A stretch of 64,000 bases of DNA from Gemmatimonadales bacterium (GTDB lineage: Bacteria; Gemmatimonadota; Gemmatimonadetes; Gemmatimonadales; GWC2-71-9), in NCBI GenBank assembly GCA_041615815.1, contig JBFJCP010000003.1, forward strand, positions 64,001 to 128,000, in the 5' to 3' direction. The translations under genes were made by a program, and so were the position numbers. Shown here in pieces: positions 1 to 9,467 of this stretch (position 1 is its first letter; the number at the start of each line of letters is the position of its first letter). Below the pieces are notes generated by a model that ran no database searches, had not been told where the DNA came from, and was given only the letters and a program-made list of their open reading frames with translations.

Positions 1-286
1 GCCCATCGGCGAAGCGGCCGGTTTGGCCATGATGATTCTGCCGCGGTCGAGCTTGCCCCTGAAACACGGACTCATCCTGCCCAACGCACCTGGATTGGTG
101 GACGCCGATTACAGTGGCCCCATCGGTATCATTGTGCACAACCTCCGTGAACAGCCGGTCCGGTTAGCAGCGGGCACGCGTATCGCGCAGGCAGTCTTCG
201 TCCAGCTCCACCTGCCCACGCTGCGAGAGGTCGATGAGGCCACCCCGGGGCGCGCCCGCGGCGGCTTCGGCTCCACGGGAAGCTGA
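1..286 (+). CDS. dut: dUTP diphosphatase (5' end outside the window)
   Basis: Trimeric dUTPase motifs PRSS, G-x-VDADYSG, RIAQ and C-terminal RGGFGSTG. Confidence 0.95.
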   Translation, partial: PIGEAAGLAMMILPRSSLPLKHGLILPNAPGLVDADYSGPIGIIVHNLREQPVRLAAGTRIAQAVFVQLHLPTLREVDEATPGRARGGFGSTGS

Positions 287-345
287 CCAGGGCCTTCTTC
301 GGCCTCACGCCGCCCGTCCCGGCTGCCTCCGTTGCCTCCGTTCAG

Positions 346-783
346 TTATTCATTTGGCGGCGGCGGTTCTCCCGGAGGCTGTGTTGCCGGTCCATAGTTG
401 TAGATCGCGTCCTTGTGCTCGCCGCACGCTTCGGTAAATGTCGGGTCCGCGGGCGGGTCTGGATGACGTTCGCTGAACCGCCGGTTCCCTTCCGCCCAGG
501 CTGAGAAGAAAGCCTCTTTGCTCTCCGCCAACCACCAGAACACGAGATTCCATTCGTCCGCCCAGTCGTGGGTCAGGACACCGGCACTCGTCAGCATTCC
601 CTCGTCTACCAACTCCTGATTGATCGGCACGCTGAGCGAGTCATAGCGCTGTACCAGCGTCCCCATGTGCGCCCAATCGCACTTCCAGTACGCCACCACC
701 AAGGTCTGCGCCGGTGCCTGCTGGGCTTGAGCGCCGGGCACGACGGCCGCTGCCACGAACAGCACCCCCAACATCGATCGCAT
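346..783 (-). CDS. Secreted hypothetical protein
   Basis: Signal peptide (MRSMLGVLFVAAAVVPGAQA), GGAGG SD upstream, globular-looking 145 aa; no family recognised. Confidence 0.75.
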   Translation of the reverse strand: MRSMLGVLFVAAAVVPGAQAQQAPAQTLVVAYWKCDWAHMGTLVQRYDSLSVPINQELVDEGMLTSAGVLTHDWADEWNLVFWWLAESKEAFFSAWAEGNRRFSERHPDPPADPTFTEACGEHKDAIYNYGPATQPPGEPPPPNE

Positions 784-890
784 GCAATTCCTCCGAAGGT
801 TGGGTAGCGCCGTGAGCTACGTTCGGTAGCTTACTCTTGCCTTACCGTGTTTGCAGCCACTCGACACGCAGACTCTGCCGCGAGGATTCC

Positions 891-3401
891 ATGCCGACCC
901 GATCGTTGCTTGCTGGTGTCGCGCGCACGTTGCTGGCGTTCACGCTCATGGTGGCCGTCACCGCGGCCCCGGTTGAACCGCAGGAACAGGCCGCCCCCCC
1001 TCCGTCGATCCAGGACAAGACCAAAGGAATGACCCACTTCGAGGGCTTCTTCGACCTCTTTTGGGATGAAGGCGCAGGAAAACTCTATTGGGCCATCGAC
1101 CGGTGGGACACCGAGTTTCTCTATCAGGTGTCACTCCCGAGCGGCCTCGGCAGCAATCCCGTGGGATTGGACCGCGGTCAACTCGGTTGGACGGCGATTC
1201 TCGAGGCGCGGCGTGTGGGTCCCACCGTTCTACTCGTCGAGCCCAATTACCGCTACCGCGCCACGAGCACCAATCCGGACGAAGTGCGGGCCGTGCGCGA
1301 CGCCTTCGCCCCATCGACCCACTGGGGATTCCCGGTCGCGGCCGCGACCGGTACCCGTGTGCTCGTGGACGCTACGGAGTTCTTTCTCCGCGACGCCCAC
1401 GGCATCGTGAAGCGTCTCCAGGACACCGGACAGGGCTCCTTCGAGCTCGACCGCAGTCGGAGCGTGGTCCATCTCCCACGAACCAAGGCGTTTCCCCGAA
1501 ACACCGAGGTGGAAGCGTCGCTGACGTTCACCAGTGAGGAACCGGGCCCCCTCGTCCGAAGCACGGCGGCGAGCGGCGAGGCCGTGACGCTCCGCGTGCG
1601 CCACTCACTCGTGGAGCTCCCCGAGCCTGGGTACACACCGCGACGCGCCGATCCGCGTGTCGGCTCTTTTGGCATCACATTCTACGACTATGCGACGGCC
1701 ATCGATGAGCCACTGGCAGTTCGCTGGATCGCACGGCATCGACTCGAGAAACGCGAGCCCACGGCGGCCCAGTCCCAGGCCGTCGAGCCCATCGTGTACT
1801 ACCTCGACCCGGGAACGCCAGAACCGATCCGCAGCGCCCTCATCGAGGGGGGTGCCTGGTGGAACGAGGCGTTCGCTGAGGCGGGTTTCATCGATGCCTT
1901 TCGCGTCGAAGTCCTCCCCGAGGGCGCCGATCCCATGGACCTGCGGTACAACATGATTCACTGGACGCACCGCTCGACTCGCGGGTGGTCGTACGGATCC
2001 AACGTCACCGACCCGCGCACCGGCGAGATCCTCAAGGGCAATGTGAATCTCGGCAGTCTCCGTCTTCGGCAGGACTATCTCTTGGGCGTGGGACTCGCCC
2101 AGCCCACGGCCGCGGAATTCGGGATGTGCGATCTCGGTGGCGGACCCACATTCTCGTATCTGGCCGATGTGGCCGATGGCGCCGATCCCGTGGCCATGGC
2201 GCTGGCTCGGGTTCGTCAGCTCTCGGCCCATGAGATCGGTCACACCTTGGGTTTGGCGCACAACTACATCGCCAGCACCTACGGGCGCGCGAGCGTGATG
2301 GACTACCCCGCCCCACTCGTCCAAATCACCGCGGACCGAACGCTCGATCTCTCGAACGCCTACGGCGTGGGTATCGGGGAGTACGACAAGTTCGCGGTCA
2401 AGTGGGCCTATAGCGTACCGCCGGGCGGTGTGGACGAAGCCGCCTTTCTCGAGGGGATCGTGCAAGACGGTTTGCGCAGAGGAATCCGGTTTCTCACGGA
2501 CCAGGATGCGCGGCCGGCCGGCGGCGCCCATCCGCTCGCCGGCTTGTGGGACAACGGGGACGACCCGATCGCCATGCTCCGCCACGAGATGGAGGTGAGA
2601 CGCATCGGGCTCGAGAGATTCTCCGATCGCTCGATCCGGCCCGGCGATCCCCTGGCGAGTCTGGAAGAAGTGCTGGTTCCCCTCTTCTTCCACCACCGCT
2701 ACCAAGTCGAGGCAGCGGCCAAGAGTATCGGCGGAGTAGACTATAGCTTCGCTCTGCGAGGGGATGGACAAACACCGCTGACCATCGTGGCACCCGACCG
2801 CCAGCTCGCCGCGCTCGACGCTGTATTGCAGACCGTGACGCCACAGGCGTTGGCCATTCCCGAACGCATTCTGCAGCAAATTCCCCCGCGCGCGTTCTTC
2901 ATGGCGTCAGGCGAGACCTTCGCCACTCGCACCGCCCCCACGTTTGATCCGCTAGGGGCCGCCGCCACGGCTGCCGAGTTGTCGCTGGGATTCGTATTCC
3001 AGCCACAGCGCATGGCACGGGTGGTGGAGCATCACAGCCGGGACGCGCGGTACCCGTCTCTCGAGACGGTCGTGGACCGTGTTCTTCGCGCCACTTGGCG
3101 CAGTCCCCGACCGACGAACGCGTACCACGCCGAGGTTGGGCGCACCGTCGAGCGCGTCGTTCTGGACCTCATGATGCAGCAGGCTGGAAACGGTAATAAC
3201 ACGACGCAGGTTCGGGCGATTCTCGAGAGCAAGCTCGCGGAGCTCGGCGAGTGGATCGATACCCAAGCCCGCGTGTCACCTCACCAGCAGCTGGCTCGCG
3301 ATGACATCACGCGCTGGCAGTCGCGCCCCGAGGGTATCACCTCCCCCAGCGCGCCCCCCGAGGCGCCACCGGGAAGCCCCATCGGCGTCCGACCGAACTG
3401 A
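891..3401 (+). CDS. Secreted zinc-dependent metalloprotease (EcxA-like, DUF5117/DUF4953)
   Basis: HEIGHTLGLAHN metzincin motif, SVMDY Met-turn, DPRTGEI motif, signal peptide; start placed at ATG 891 after GAGGA. Confidence 0.9.
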   Translation: MPTRSLLAGVARTLLAFTLMVAVTAAPVEPQEQAAPPPSIQDKTKGMTHFEGFFDLFWDEGAGKLYWAIDRWDTEFLYQVSLPSGLGSNPVGLDRGQLGWTAILEARRVGPTVLLVEPNYRYRATSTNPDEVRAVRDAFAPSTHWGFPVAAATGTRVLVDATEFFLRDAHGIVKRLQDTGQGSFELDRSRSVVHLPRTKAFPRNTEVEASLTFTSEEPGPLVRSTAASGEAVTLRVRHSLVELPEPGYTPRRADPRVGSFGITFYDYATAIDEPLAVRWIARHRLEKREPTAAQSQAVEPIVYYLDPGTPEPIRSALIEGGAWWNEAFAEAGFIDAFRVEVLPEGADPMDLRYNMIHWTHRSTRGWSYGSNVTDPRTGEILKGNVNLGSLRLRQDYLLGVGLAQPTAAEFGMCDLGGGPTFSYLADVADGADPVAMALARVRQLSAHEIGHTLGLAHNYIASTYGRASVMDYPAPLVQITADRTLDLSNAYGVGIGEYDKFAVKWAYSVPPGGVDEAAFLEGIVQDGLRRGIRFLTDQDARPAGGAHPLAGLWDNGDDPIAMLRHEMEVRRIGLERFSDRSIRPGDPLASLEEVLVPLFFHHRYQVEAAAKSIGGVDYSFALRGDGQTPLTIVAPDRQLAALDAVLQTVTPQALAIPERILQQIPPRAFFMASGETFATRTAPTFDPLGAAATAAELSLGFVFQPQRMARVVEHHSRDARYPSLETVVDRVLRATWRSPRPTNAYHAEVGRTVERVVLDLMMQQAGNGNNTTQVRAILESKLAELGEWIDTQARVSPHQQLARDDITRWQSRPEGITSPSAPPEAPPGSPIGVRPN

Positions 3402-3404
3402 CGC

Positions 3405-4424
3405 ATGCCATCGGCCTCGTCTCCCACGGCAGGATCGTCCGGCCAGGGAAGTGCCAGCTGGCCGGACGGATTCCCGCGTCCGGTCGTCGTCATCAGCAAG
3501 TGTCTCGAGCTCGATGCCTGCCGCTATAACGGCCAGGCGATCCGCGCCCCGTTCATCCTGCAACTCGAGCCGTTTGTCGAGCTCAAGCCAACATGTCCGG
3601 AGGTCGAGATTGGACTGGGAATTCCACGGGATCCCATTCGGCTGGTGACGCTCGAGGGAAAGCTCGAGCTCGTGCAACCCTCGACGGGAAAGAATCTCAC
3701 GCGGTCCATGCGGTCCTTCAGCACCGATTATCTGGCCTCGGTGGGCGAGGTCGATGGATTCGTGTTGAAGAGTCGGTCACCGTCGTGTGGTATCAAAGAC
3801 ACCAAGGTCCATTCAGGAGGCGAGACGCCCAACCCCATCGGCAAGGGCGCCGGCATGTTTGGCGCCGCCGTCCTCGAGCGGTTCCCAAATGCGGCGGTCG
3901 AGGACGAGGGACGCCTTACGAATCTCCGGATACGGCACCATTGGTTGACCAAGCTGTTCGCCAGGGCCGCGTTCCGGGAGGTGCAGCGCCGACGCTCCAT
4001 GGCCGAGCTGGTCCGTTTCCAAACGGCCAACAAGTTCGTTTTGATGGCCTACCACCAAACCGAGCTGCGCCACCTCGGCCGCATCGTTGCCAACCCGGAT
4101 AAGCGCCCCATCGACGATGTGCTGGCGGCGTACGACGAACATTTCAGTCATGCGCTCGCGCACCCGGCCCGACGCAAGTCACATATCAACGTCTTGATGC
4201 ATGCGATGGGATACTTTTCGGATGGGCTCTCTCGAGACGAGAAGGCGTTCTTTTTGGATGCGTTGGAGGTGTACCGCGAGGGAAGGGAGACGCTCACGGG
4301 TCCGCTCGCCGTCATGCAGGCGTGGATAACCCGATTCGGACAGGATTACCTGGCCGGCCAGCGATATTTCGCTCCCTATCCTCGCGAGCTGCGTGATCTC
4401 CGCGATTCCGGCCGCGGCAGCTGA
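3405..4424 (+). CDS. DUF523/DUF1722 (YbgA; 2-thiouracil desulfurase-like) protein
   Basis: SKCL...CRYNG, CPEVEIGLGIPR, KSRSPSCG, EDEGRL; C-terminal NVLMHAMGYF and YLAGQRYFAPYP. Confidence 0.92.
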   Translation: MPSASSPTAGSSGQGSASWPDGFPRPVVVISKCLELDACRYNGQAIRAPFILQLEPFVELKPTCPEVEIGLGIPRDPIRLVTLEGKLELVQPSTGKNLTRSMRSFSTDYLASVGEVDGFVLKSRSPSCGIKDTKVHSGGETPNPIGKGAGMFGAAVLERFPNAAVEDEGRLTNLRIRHHWLTKLFARAAFREVQRRRSMAELVRFQTANKFVLMAYHQTELRHLGRIVANPDKRPIDDVLAAYDEHFSHALAHPARRKSHINVLMHAMGYFSDGLSRDEKAFFLDALEVYREGRETLTGPLAVMQAWITRFGQDYLAGQRYFAPYPRELRDLRDSGRGS

Positions 4425-4479
4425 GTCCGTCCTCGTACCCTCGTAGCCCCTGTCCCCCAAAAACCCCTGATTCCAACTC

Positions 4480-5298
4480 CTAGCCCCGCCCCGCTTCCCG
4501 CTCCATCAGCGTCGTCCACGATTCTCGTACTAGCCCTGCGTCGCGACTCACGACCGGTTTCAAGTCGACGTCGCCGTCCACGATCTCCACGTAGTGCGGT
4601 CGGAACATCCAGCTCCCCGTGTTCAGGTACATCGCAGCCTTTCCGATCCGCGCCGACCCGATCTTGTGGGTATGTCCGAAGATGACATAATCGAACCCCC
4701 GCCGGGACACTCGCTCCGCCGCATCACGAAACGCCGGAGCTTCCCCAGGAATGAAATCCGCTTCGTTCCCCTCGACGGTAGCCTTGGCGCTGCGTCTGAG
4801 ACTCAGCAGGAACTCCTTCGAGCGGTCCAACGCATGATAGACCCGGGGGTGGATCCGAAGTGCCAACCCACCCAGCAACGTGAGGGCCTCGTAGATCCGC
4901 GGGAATCGCACAAACATGTCGTCGTACAGGTGCCCATGCTCGATCCGAATCCGGGAATCACCAGAGACGACGTTGAGAAACGGCACCACGCGAATGATCT
5001 CCCAATCGTCCAGAAAGTGCTCCAGCACGATATCGTGGTTGCCCACGACGTAGTACACTTTGAGACCCTGACGTACGAACTTCTGCAGGAGAATGGTGCT
5101 CGCGGCGAGATCGCGGGAGATTTGCATGATCGACGTCTGCATGATGTCCACGCCGTCGCCGTTGATACAGAGGCTGAAACGGTGCTCCAGCGCGTATTTG
5201 AGAAACTCGATGAACGGTTGGCGCGCCCGAAACAGGCGATTCCCCAGGTGCACGTCCGAGACGACCAGGAGGCGGGATTCCGAGATGGTTGTCTTCAT
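4480..5298 (-). CDS. Calcineurin-like metallophosphoesterase (LpxH-like family)
   Basis: SDVHLG, GDxxD, GNHD, HGH, GHTH and NTGSW motifs. Confidence 0.85.
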   Translation of the reverse strand: MKTTISESRLLVVSDVHLGNRLFRARQPFIEFLKYALEHRFSLCINGDGVDIMQTSIMQISRDLAASTILLQKFVRQGLKVYYVVGNHDIVLEHFLDDWEIIRVVPFLNVVSGDSRIRIEHGHLYDDMFVRFPRIYEALTLLGGLALRIHPRVYHALDRSKEFLLSLRRSAKATVEGNEADFIPGEAPAFRDAAERVSRRGFDYVIFGHTHKIGSARIGKAAMYLNTGSWMFRPHYVEIVDGDVDLKPVVSRDAGLVRESWTTLMEREAGRG

Positions 5299-5750
5299 TC
5301 ATCGACACCGTCGAGTGTCCGGTACTCGGAGGTAGCGCGGAGTCGCTCGATCCGATCGGACATCTCCTTGGGCATCTTCCCGCTCGTCATCAGCTCGACC
5401 AACCGCTCGTCGATGTCCCGGATGCGCCGGCTCATGTGCTGGAGCATTTCGAAGGCGAACGTGGGGTCGCGGCGAATGGTCAGGAGGAGCGACCCCGGCT
5501 TGATCACCAGGAGCTTGGTCTTGATCGCTGCCCGGACCGTCGCGTTCCTCGGCATCGACTCCAGCAACGACATCTCGCCGAAAAAACTGCCTCTTCCCAA
5601 TCGAGCGAACTCGATGTCCTCACCCCCGACCTCCTTCGTCACCACGACTTCGCCTTCTTGGATGACGAACATCTCCCGGCTTTCGTCACCCTCACGAACG
5701 ATGATATCTCCGGGATCGTATGTCTCTTCGTAGTCGGTCGGGCTCCGCAT
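5295..5750 (-). CDS. Stand-alone cyclic-nucleotide-binding domain protein
   Basis: IVREGD, FFGEMSLL-x3-PRNATVRA phosphate-binding cassette; no HTH follows; 4-bp overlap with the downstream gene. Confidence 0.9.
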   Translation of the reverse strand: MRSPTDYEETYDPGDIIVREGDESREMFVIQEGEVVVTKEVGGEDIEFARLGRGSFFGEMSLLESMPRNATVRAAIKTKLLVIKPGSLLLTIRRDPTFAFEMLQHMSRRIRDIDERLVELMTSGKMPKEMSDRIERLRATSEYRTLDGVDE

Positions 5751-5853
5751 GCGCAGGTCCTCGGCCCAGTGAATCGTGCCGCCGACGACGCAGGGGCGTC
5801 GGCCAGTGACGAGTGAAGATTACCGAACCCCGAGGGGCGTCAAGGGTCGCCGA

Positions 5854-6375
5854 TCACCGGGAACGGTGCGCGCGCACCGCCTCCTCGACGATCGCATGAG
5901 CATGCGCGGCGGCTTGCCAGCCCAGAATGGCAGTTTCTTTTCCCTCGAGATCCTTGTACACCTCGAAGAAGTACTCCAGCTCCTTCAAGAGATGTTGCGG
6001 AAGGTCGGCCAGCTCCTGGGTCTCCGCAAAACGCGGATCCCCTTCGGGCACGGCGAGGATCTTCTCATCGATTCCAGCCTCGTCCCGCATTTCCAGGACC
6101 CCGATCACGCGGGCCGAGAGCACACATCCCGTAAACGTGGGATCTGTGACCAGGACGACGACGTCCAGCGCATCGCCATCCGGAGAGAGCGTCCCGGGTA
6201 CGAATCCGTAGTCTCCCGGATACTGCATGGGAGAATAGAGGACCCGATCGAGCCGAAACACCCCGAGCTCGGGATCGAACTCGATCTTGTTGCGCGTCCC
6301 CTTCGGGATCTCGACGACCACGTTGACGATCCGCGGCGCCTCATCGCCAGGTGGTAAGCGGTAGTACTCCATCAT
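5854..6375 (-). CDS. ppa: Inorganic pyrophosphatase (family I)
   Basis: EIPKG, LDRVLYSPMQYPGDYGF, DGDALD, DEK, YKDLEGK. Confidence 0.96.
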   Translation of the reverse strand: MMEYYRLPPGDEAPRIVNVVVEIPKGTRNKIEFDPELGVFRLDRVLYSPMQYPGDYGFVPGTLSPDGDALDVVVLVTDPTFTGCVLSARVIGVLEMRDEAGIDEKILAVPEGDPRFAETQELADLPQHLLKELEYFFEVYKDLEGKETAILGWQAAAHAHAIVEEAVRAHRSR

Positions 6376-6452
6376 GTGCTCTCCTGCCGCCCTGTCCTGC
6401 CCATGCCGCCAATTCCACCCATCCCTCCCGTCCTGTAATTTTCTATCACGCT

Positions 6453-7112
6453 ATGCCATACGCCGCCATGTCCAGCGGTGGAAAGGACTCCACCCTGGCA
6501 CTCGCACGCGCCTCCGAGCGCGGTCTCGATGTACGACTGCTCCTCAACGTCTACGATCGGGCCAGCGCCCGGGTGCGCTTCCACGGCGTGCGCCAAGAGC
6601 TGATCGTCCAGCAGTCCGTTGCCCTCGGGATCGAGCTCCTCAGCGCCCCGAGTACCCCCGAGGCCTTCGAAGCCGTGTTTCTGAGCCTGCTGACCCGGGC
6701 CCGAGGGCGGGGACTCACAGGGATCGTGTTCGGGAACATCCATCTCGAGGATGTTCGTGGTTGGTATGAGCAGCGGGTTCGTGCGGCCGGCCTCGAGCAC
6801 GTGGAGCCGTTGTGGGGTGAAGATCCCGCGGTCCTGGCGTGGGAGTTCGTCGAGCAAGGGTATCGCGCCATCATCACGAGCGCGGATCTCTCGCTGGGCG
6901 TCAGCGACCTCGTCGGAAGGGAATTGGCGCCACCGACACTCCGCACGATTGCCTGTCGCGAGGACGTCGACCTCTGTGGAGAACGTGGAGAGTACCATAC
7001 GTTCGTCTCGGACGGCCCCATCTTCCGGCATCCGGTGGAATTCACGATAGGTGAGCTGGTCGAGCTCGACGGCCACCGATTCGTCGATTTGCTGTCCCGC
7101 GCGTCGGCATGA
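6453..7112 (+). CDS. Diphthine-ammonia ligase-like PP-loop ATPase (Dph6/MJ0570 family)
   Basis: SGGKDS PP-loop, FGNIHL, EPLW, DLCGERGEYHTFV-DGPIF. Confidence 0.88.
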   Translation: MPYAAMSSGGKDSTLALARASERGLDVRLLLNVYDRASARVRFHGVRQELIVQQSVALGIELLSAPSTPEAFEAVFLSLLTRARGRGLTGIVFGNIHLEDVRGWYEQRVRAAGLEHVEPLWGEDPAVLAWEFVEQGYRAIITSADLSLGVSDLVGRELAPPTLRTIACREDVDLCGERGEYHTFVSDGPIFRHPVEFTIGELVELDGHRFVDLLSRASA

Positions 7113-7122
7113 GCGTTCAGAC

Positions 7123-7731
7123 CTACCGGGTGGGAGCGGCCGCCACGACCTGCGCGATTTCGTCCAGTGCCTCGACGAACTCCTGTCCGAAATAGTACAG
7201 CAACTCCTCCCGCAGCCCTTCAAAGAGCGTCGGGCCCGTCCCCAAGCACACCAAAGTGTCGTCATCCACATCTTCCGCGGGCCCGAGAATCCCCTCATAG
7301 AACGTAATCGGGAATAGGCAGTCGACCATCGACTTGAGCTCGTGATAATCAATGCCCCGATCGAGGCAATAGGCGTGCAACAGACAGCCCCGGTTCGTTC
7401 GGTTCAAGAAGACACAATGCCCGTCTTCCACACGGGTACGGACCGTGATGCCGCCGGGGACTTCCGGATCCTCTTCCCACTGACCGGTGAACCACCGCTC
7501 CCGGGGGATGCCGGTGTAGACCTCCAGGTCATCCGCGTGGGCGCGAATTCGTTCGGCGTGTACGAGATCGACGTCGACGCCGTGATCGCAACACGCATCC
7601 TGACAGAATGTGCAGTCGAGACAGTGTGTGAAGTATCGCCGCCGGAAAATGGCCGGATCGACGCGCTCGATAACGGGTGCGCCATAACGACTCGGAAAGG
7701 CGCGGCCGAGAGGCACGGGGGCAGGTGGCAT
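7123..7731 (-). CDS. Cys-rich putative metal/Fe-S-binding protein (DUF3109/YkgJ-like)
   Basis: CxxCxxCxxxCC, CVFL, GCLLH, K-x4-CLFPI pattern; start ATG 7731 preceded by TACATT. Confidence 0.7.
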   Translation of the reverse strand: MPPAPVPLGRAFPSRYGAPVIERVDPAIFRRRYFTHCLDCTFCQDACCDHGVDVDLVHAERIRAHADDLEVYTGIPRERWFTGQWEEDPEVPGGITVRTRVEDGHCVFLNRTNRGCLLHAYCLDRGIDYHELKSMVDCLFPITFYEGILGPAEDVDDDTLVCLGTGPTLFEGLREELLYYFGQEFVEALDEIAQVVAAAPTR

Positions 7732-8038
7732 CCGGCGAATGTAACCGAATCGAACGGTCGAGGCCGCCTCGGGTCCCCAATTGATCGCCACCAGGGCCCG
7801 ATCGAAGCGCCCGCTCTTGCCACTATAATGAAAAGGCTCGGGCACGAAGCCAGGTGGGCGTCGCTTCTGTTCTGGACCCACCCGACATTTCGGTCGATTC
7901 GCGATGGATGTTTTTCTCTAGACAACACCGAGACACGATGGTGATTTCCAGCATTCGGATCTGGGCCCGCTGCACTGATCGAGCCCTCGTCCAGATCTGG
8001 AGGCCGGTCGCGCCGGCGATCTGTTTATACTGAGAGCC

Positions 8039-9454
8039 ATGCCGAAACGTTCAACGGAACCGCGCCTCTTCGTGGTCAGCAATCGGTTACCCGTGACCAT
8101 CAAGCGGGGGCCGCGCGGACCGGAGAGCTTTCGCTCTACCGGTGGCCTGGTCACGGCCTTCGAGCCCACCCTTCGTCGGCACGGTGGGGTGTGGGTTGGA
8201 TGGCCGGGATCGGACTTGCCGCCGGATGTCGAGCTGACTCGACCCAACGATCCGTACGCCATTGCGGCCGTCCCGATCTCGCGGGGCGAGCTCAAGCACT
8301 ACTATTATGGGTTCGCCAACCGCACGCTGTGGCCGCTGTGCCATTCCCTCCCCACGCAGACCATCTTCCACCTGGCGGACTGGCGGGCGTACCAGACGAT
8401 CAACGATCGTTTTGCGGAGCACATCGCCCGACTCGCGGGATCTCACGATCTCGTCTGGGTCAATGATTACCACCTCTTCTTACTCCCGTCGCTGCTACGC
8501 GAACGACGTCTAGACGTGGCAATCGGTTTCTTCTTGCACATACCCTTCCCCCCATACGACATCTTCCGGCTATTGCCCTGGGCCACCGAAATCCTCGAAG
8601 GTCTCTTGGCCGCCAACCTCGTCGGGCTCCACGTCTCGGGCTATGTACGCAACTTCATGGGGTGTGCTGAGCGGCTCCTCGACGCTCGCACCGATCTCCG
8701 AAAAGGCACGATCGTCCATCGAGGGCACACCACCCGGGTCGCGGCCTTCCCCCTCGGTATCGACTTCGAGCATTTCCAGACGTTGGCGACCAAGGCACCG
8801 CCCGCACCACTGGGTGCCGAGAAGATCATCATCGGGGTCGATCGTCTGGATTACACCAAAGGCATCCCGCATCGGATCCACGCGCTCGCACACCTGCTCG
8901 AAAAGCATCCTGAGCACCGGGAGCATGTGACCTTGCTCCAGATCGCCGTGCCTAGCCGATCCGAAGTGGCGGAGTATCGGGAGCTCAAGCGCGAGATCGA
9001 CGAGCTGGTGGGTCGGATAAACGGACGATTCGCGACGTCCACGTGGAGCCCGATTCGATACCTCTATCGATCGGTCCCCCAAACCCGGCTGGCCGGCATG
9101 TATCGGGACGCCGACGTCGCCATCGTCACCCCACTCCGGGACGGCATGAACTTGGTGGCGAAGGAATACGTGGCATGTCAGGTCAAGGAACCCGGCGTCC
9201 TCATCCTCTCCATCTTGGCGGGCGCCGCCGAGACCATGCGGGAGGCCGTGCTCGTCAATCCGTACGATCTGGAAGGAATGGTCGACCGTCTCCATGATGC
9301 TCTCACCATGCCGCGAGCCGAGCGGGTGAAGCGGCTCGAGGCCCTCAGGATGCGGGAGCGTACATCCAACGTCCACGTCTGGGCGGCAGACTTCCTGGAA
9401 AACCTGACGCTGGCGGTCGAGGGCACGGCCCGCCTGCGACGGGCCGGTACCTGA
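8039..9454 (+). CDS. otsA: Trehalose-6-phosphate synthase (GT20)
   Basis: VSNRLP, GGLV, WVGWPG, LWPLCH, NDYHL, FLHIPFP, DRLDYTKG, RDGMNLVAKEY. Confidence 0.95.
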   Translation: MPKRSTEPRLFVVSNRLPVTIKRGPRGPESFRSTGGLVTAFEPTLRRHGGVWVGWPGSDLPPDVELTRPNDPYAIAAVPISRGELKHYYYGFANRTLWPLCHSLPTQTIFHLADWRAYQTINDRFAEHIARLAGSHDLVWVNDYHLFLLPSLLRERRLDVAIGFFLHIPFPPYDIFRLLPWATEILEGLLAANLVGLHVSGYVRNFMGCAERLLDARTDLRKGTIVHRGHTTRVAAFPLGIDFEHFQTLATKAPPAPLGAEKIIIGVDRLDYTKGIPHRIHALAHLLEKHPEHREHVTLLQIAVPSRSEVAEYRELKREIDELVGRINGRFATSTWSPIRYLYRSVPQTRLAGMYRDADVAIVTPLRDGMNLVAKEYVACQVKEPGVLILSILAGAAETMREAVLVNPYDLEGMVDRLHDALTMPRAERVKRLEALRMRERTSNVHVWAADFLENLTLAVEGTARLRRAGT

Positions 9455-9467
9455 CCACCGCTCAGTC

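Noticed and set aside
1605..2879. Long antisense ORFs (this 424-aa one, also 26588-27982, 29484-31265, 58546-59757 and others)
   Set aside because: They shadow well-supported genes on the opposite strand, which is expected in high-GC DNA, and carry no recognisable motifs.
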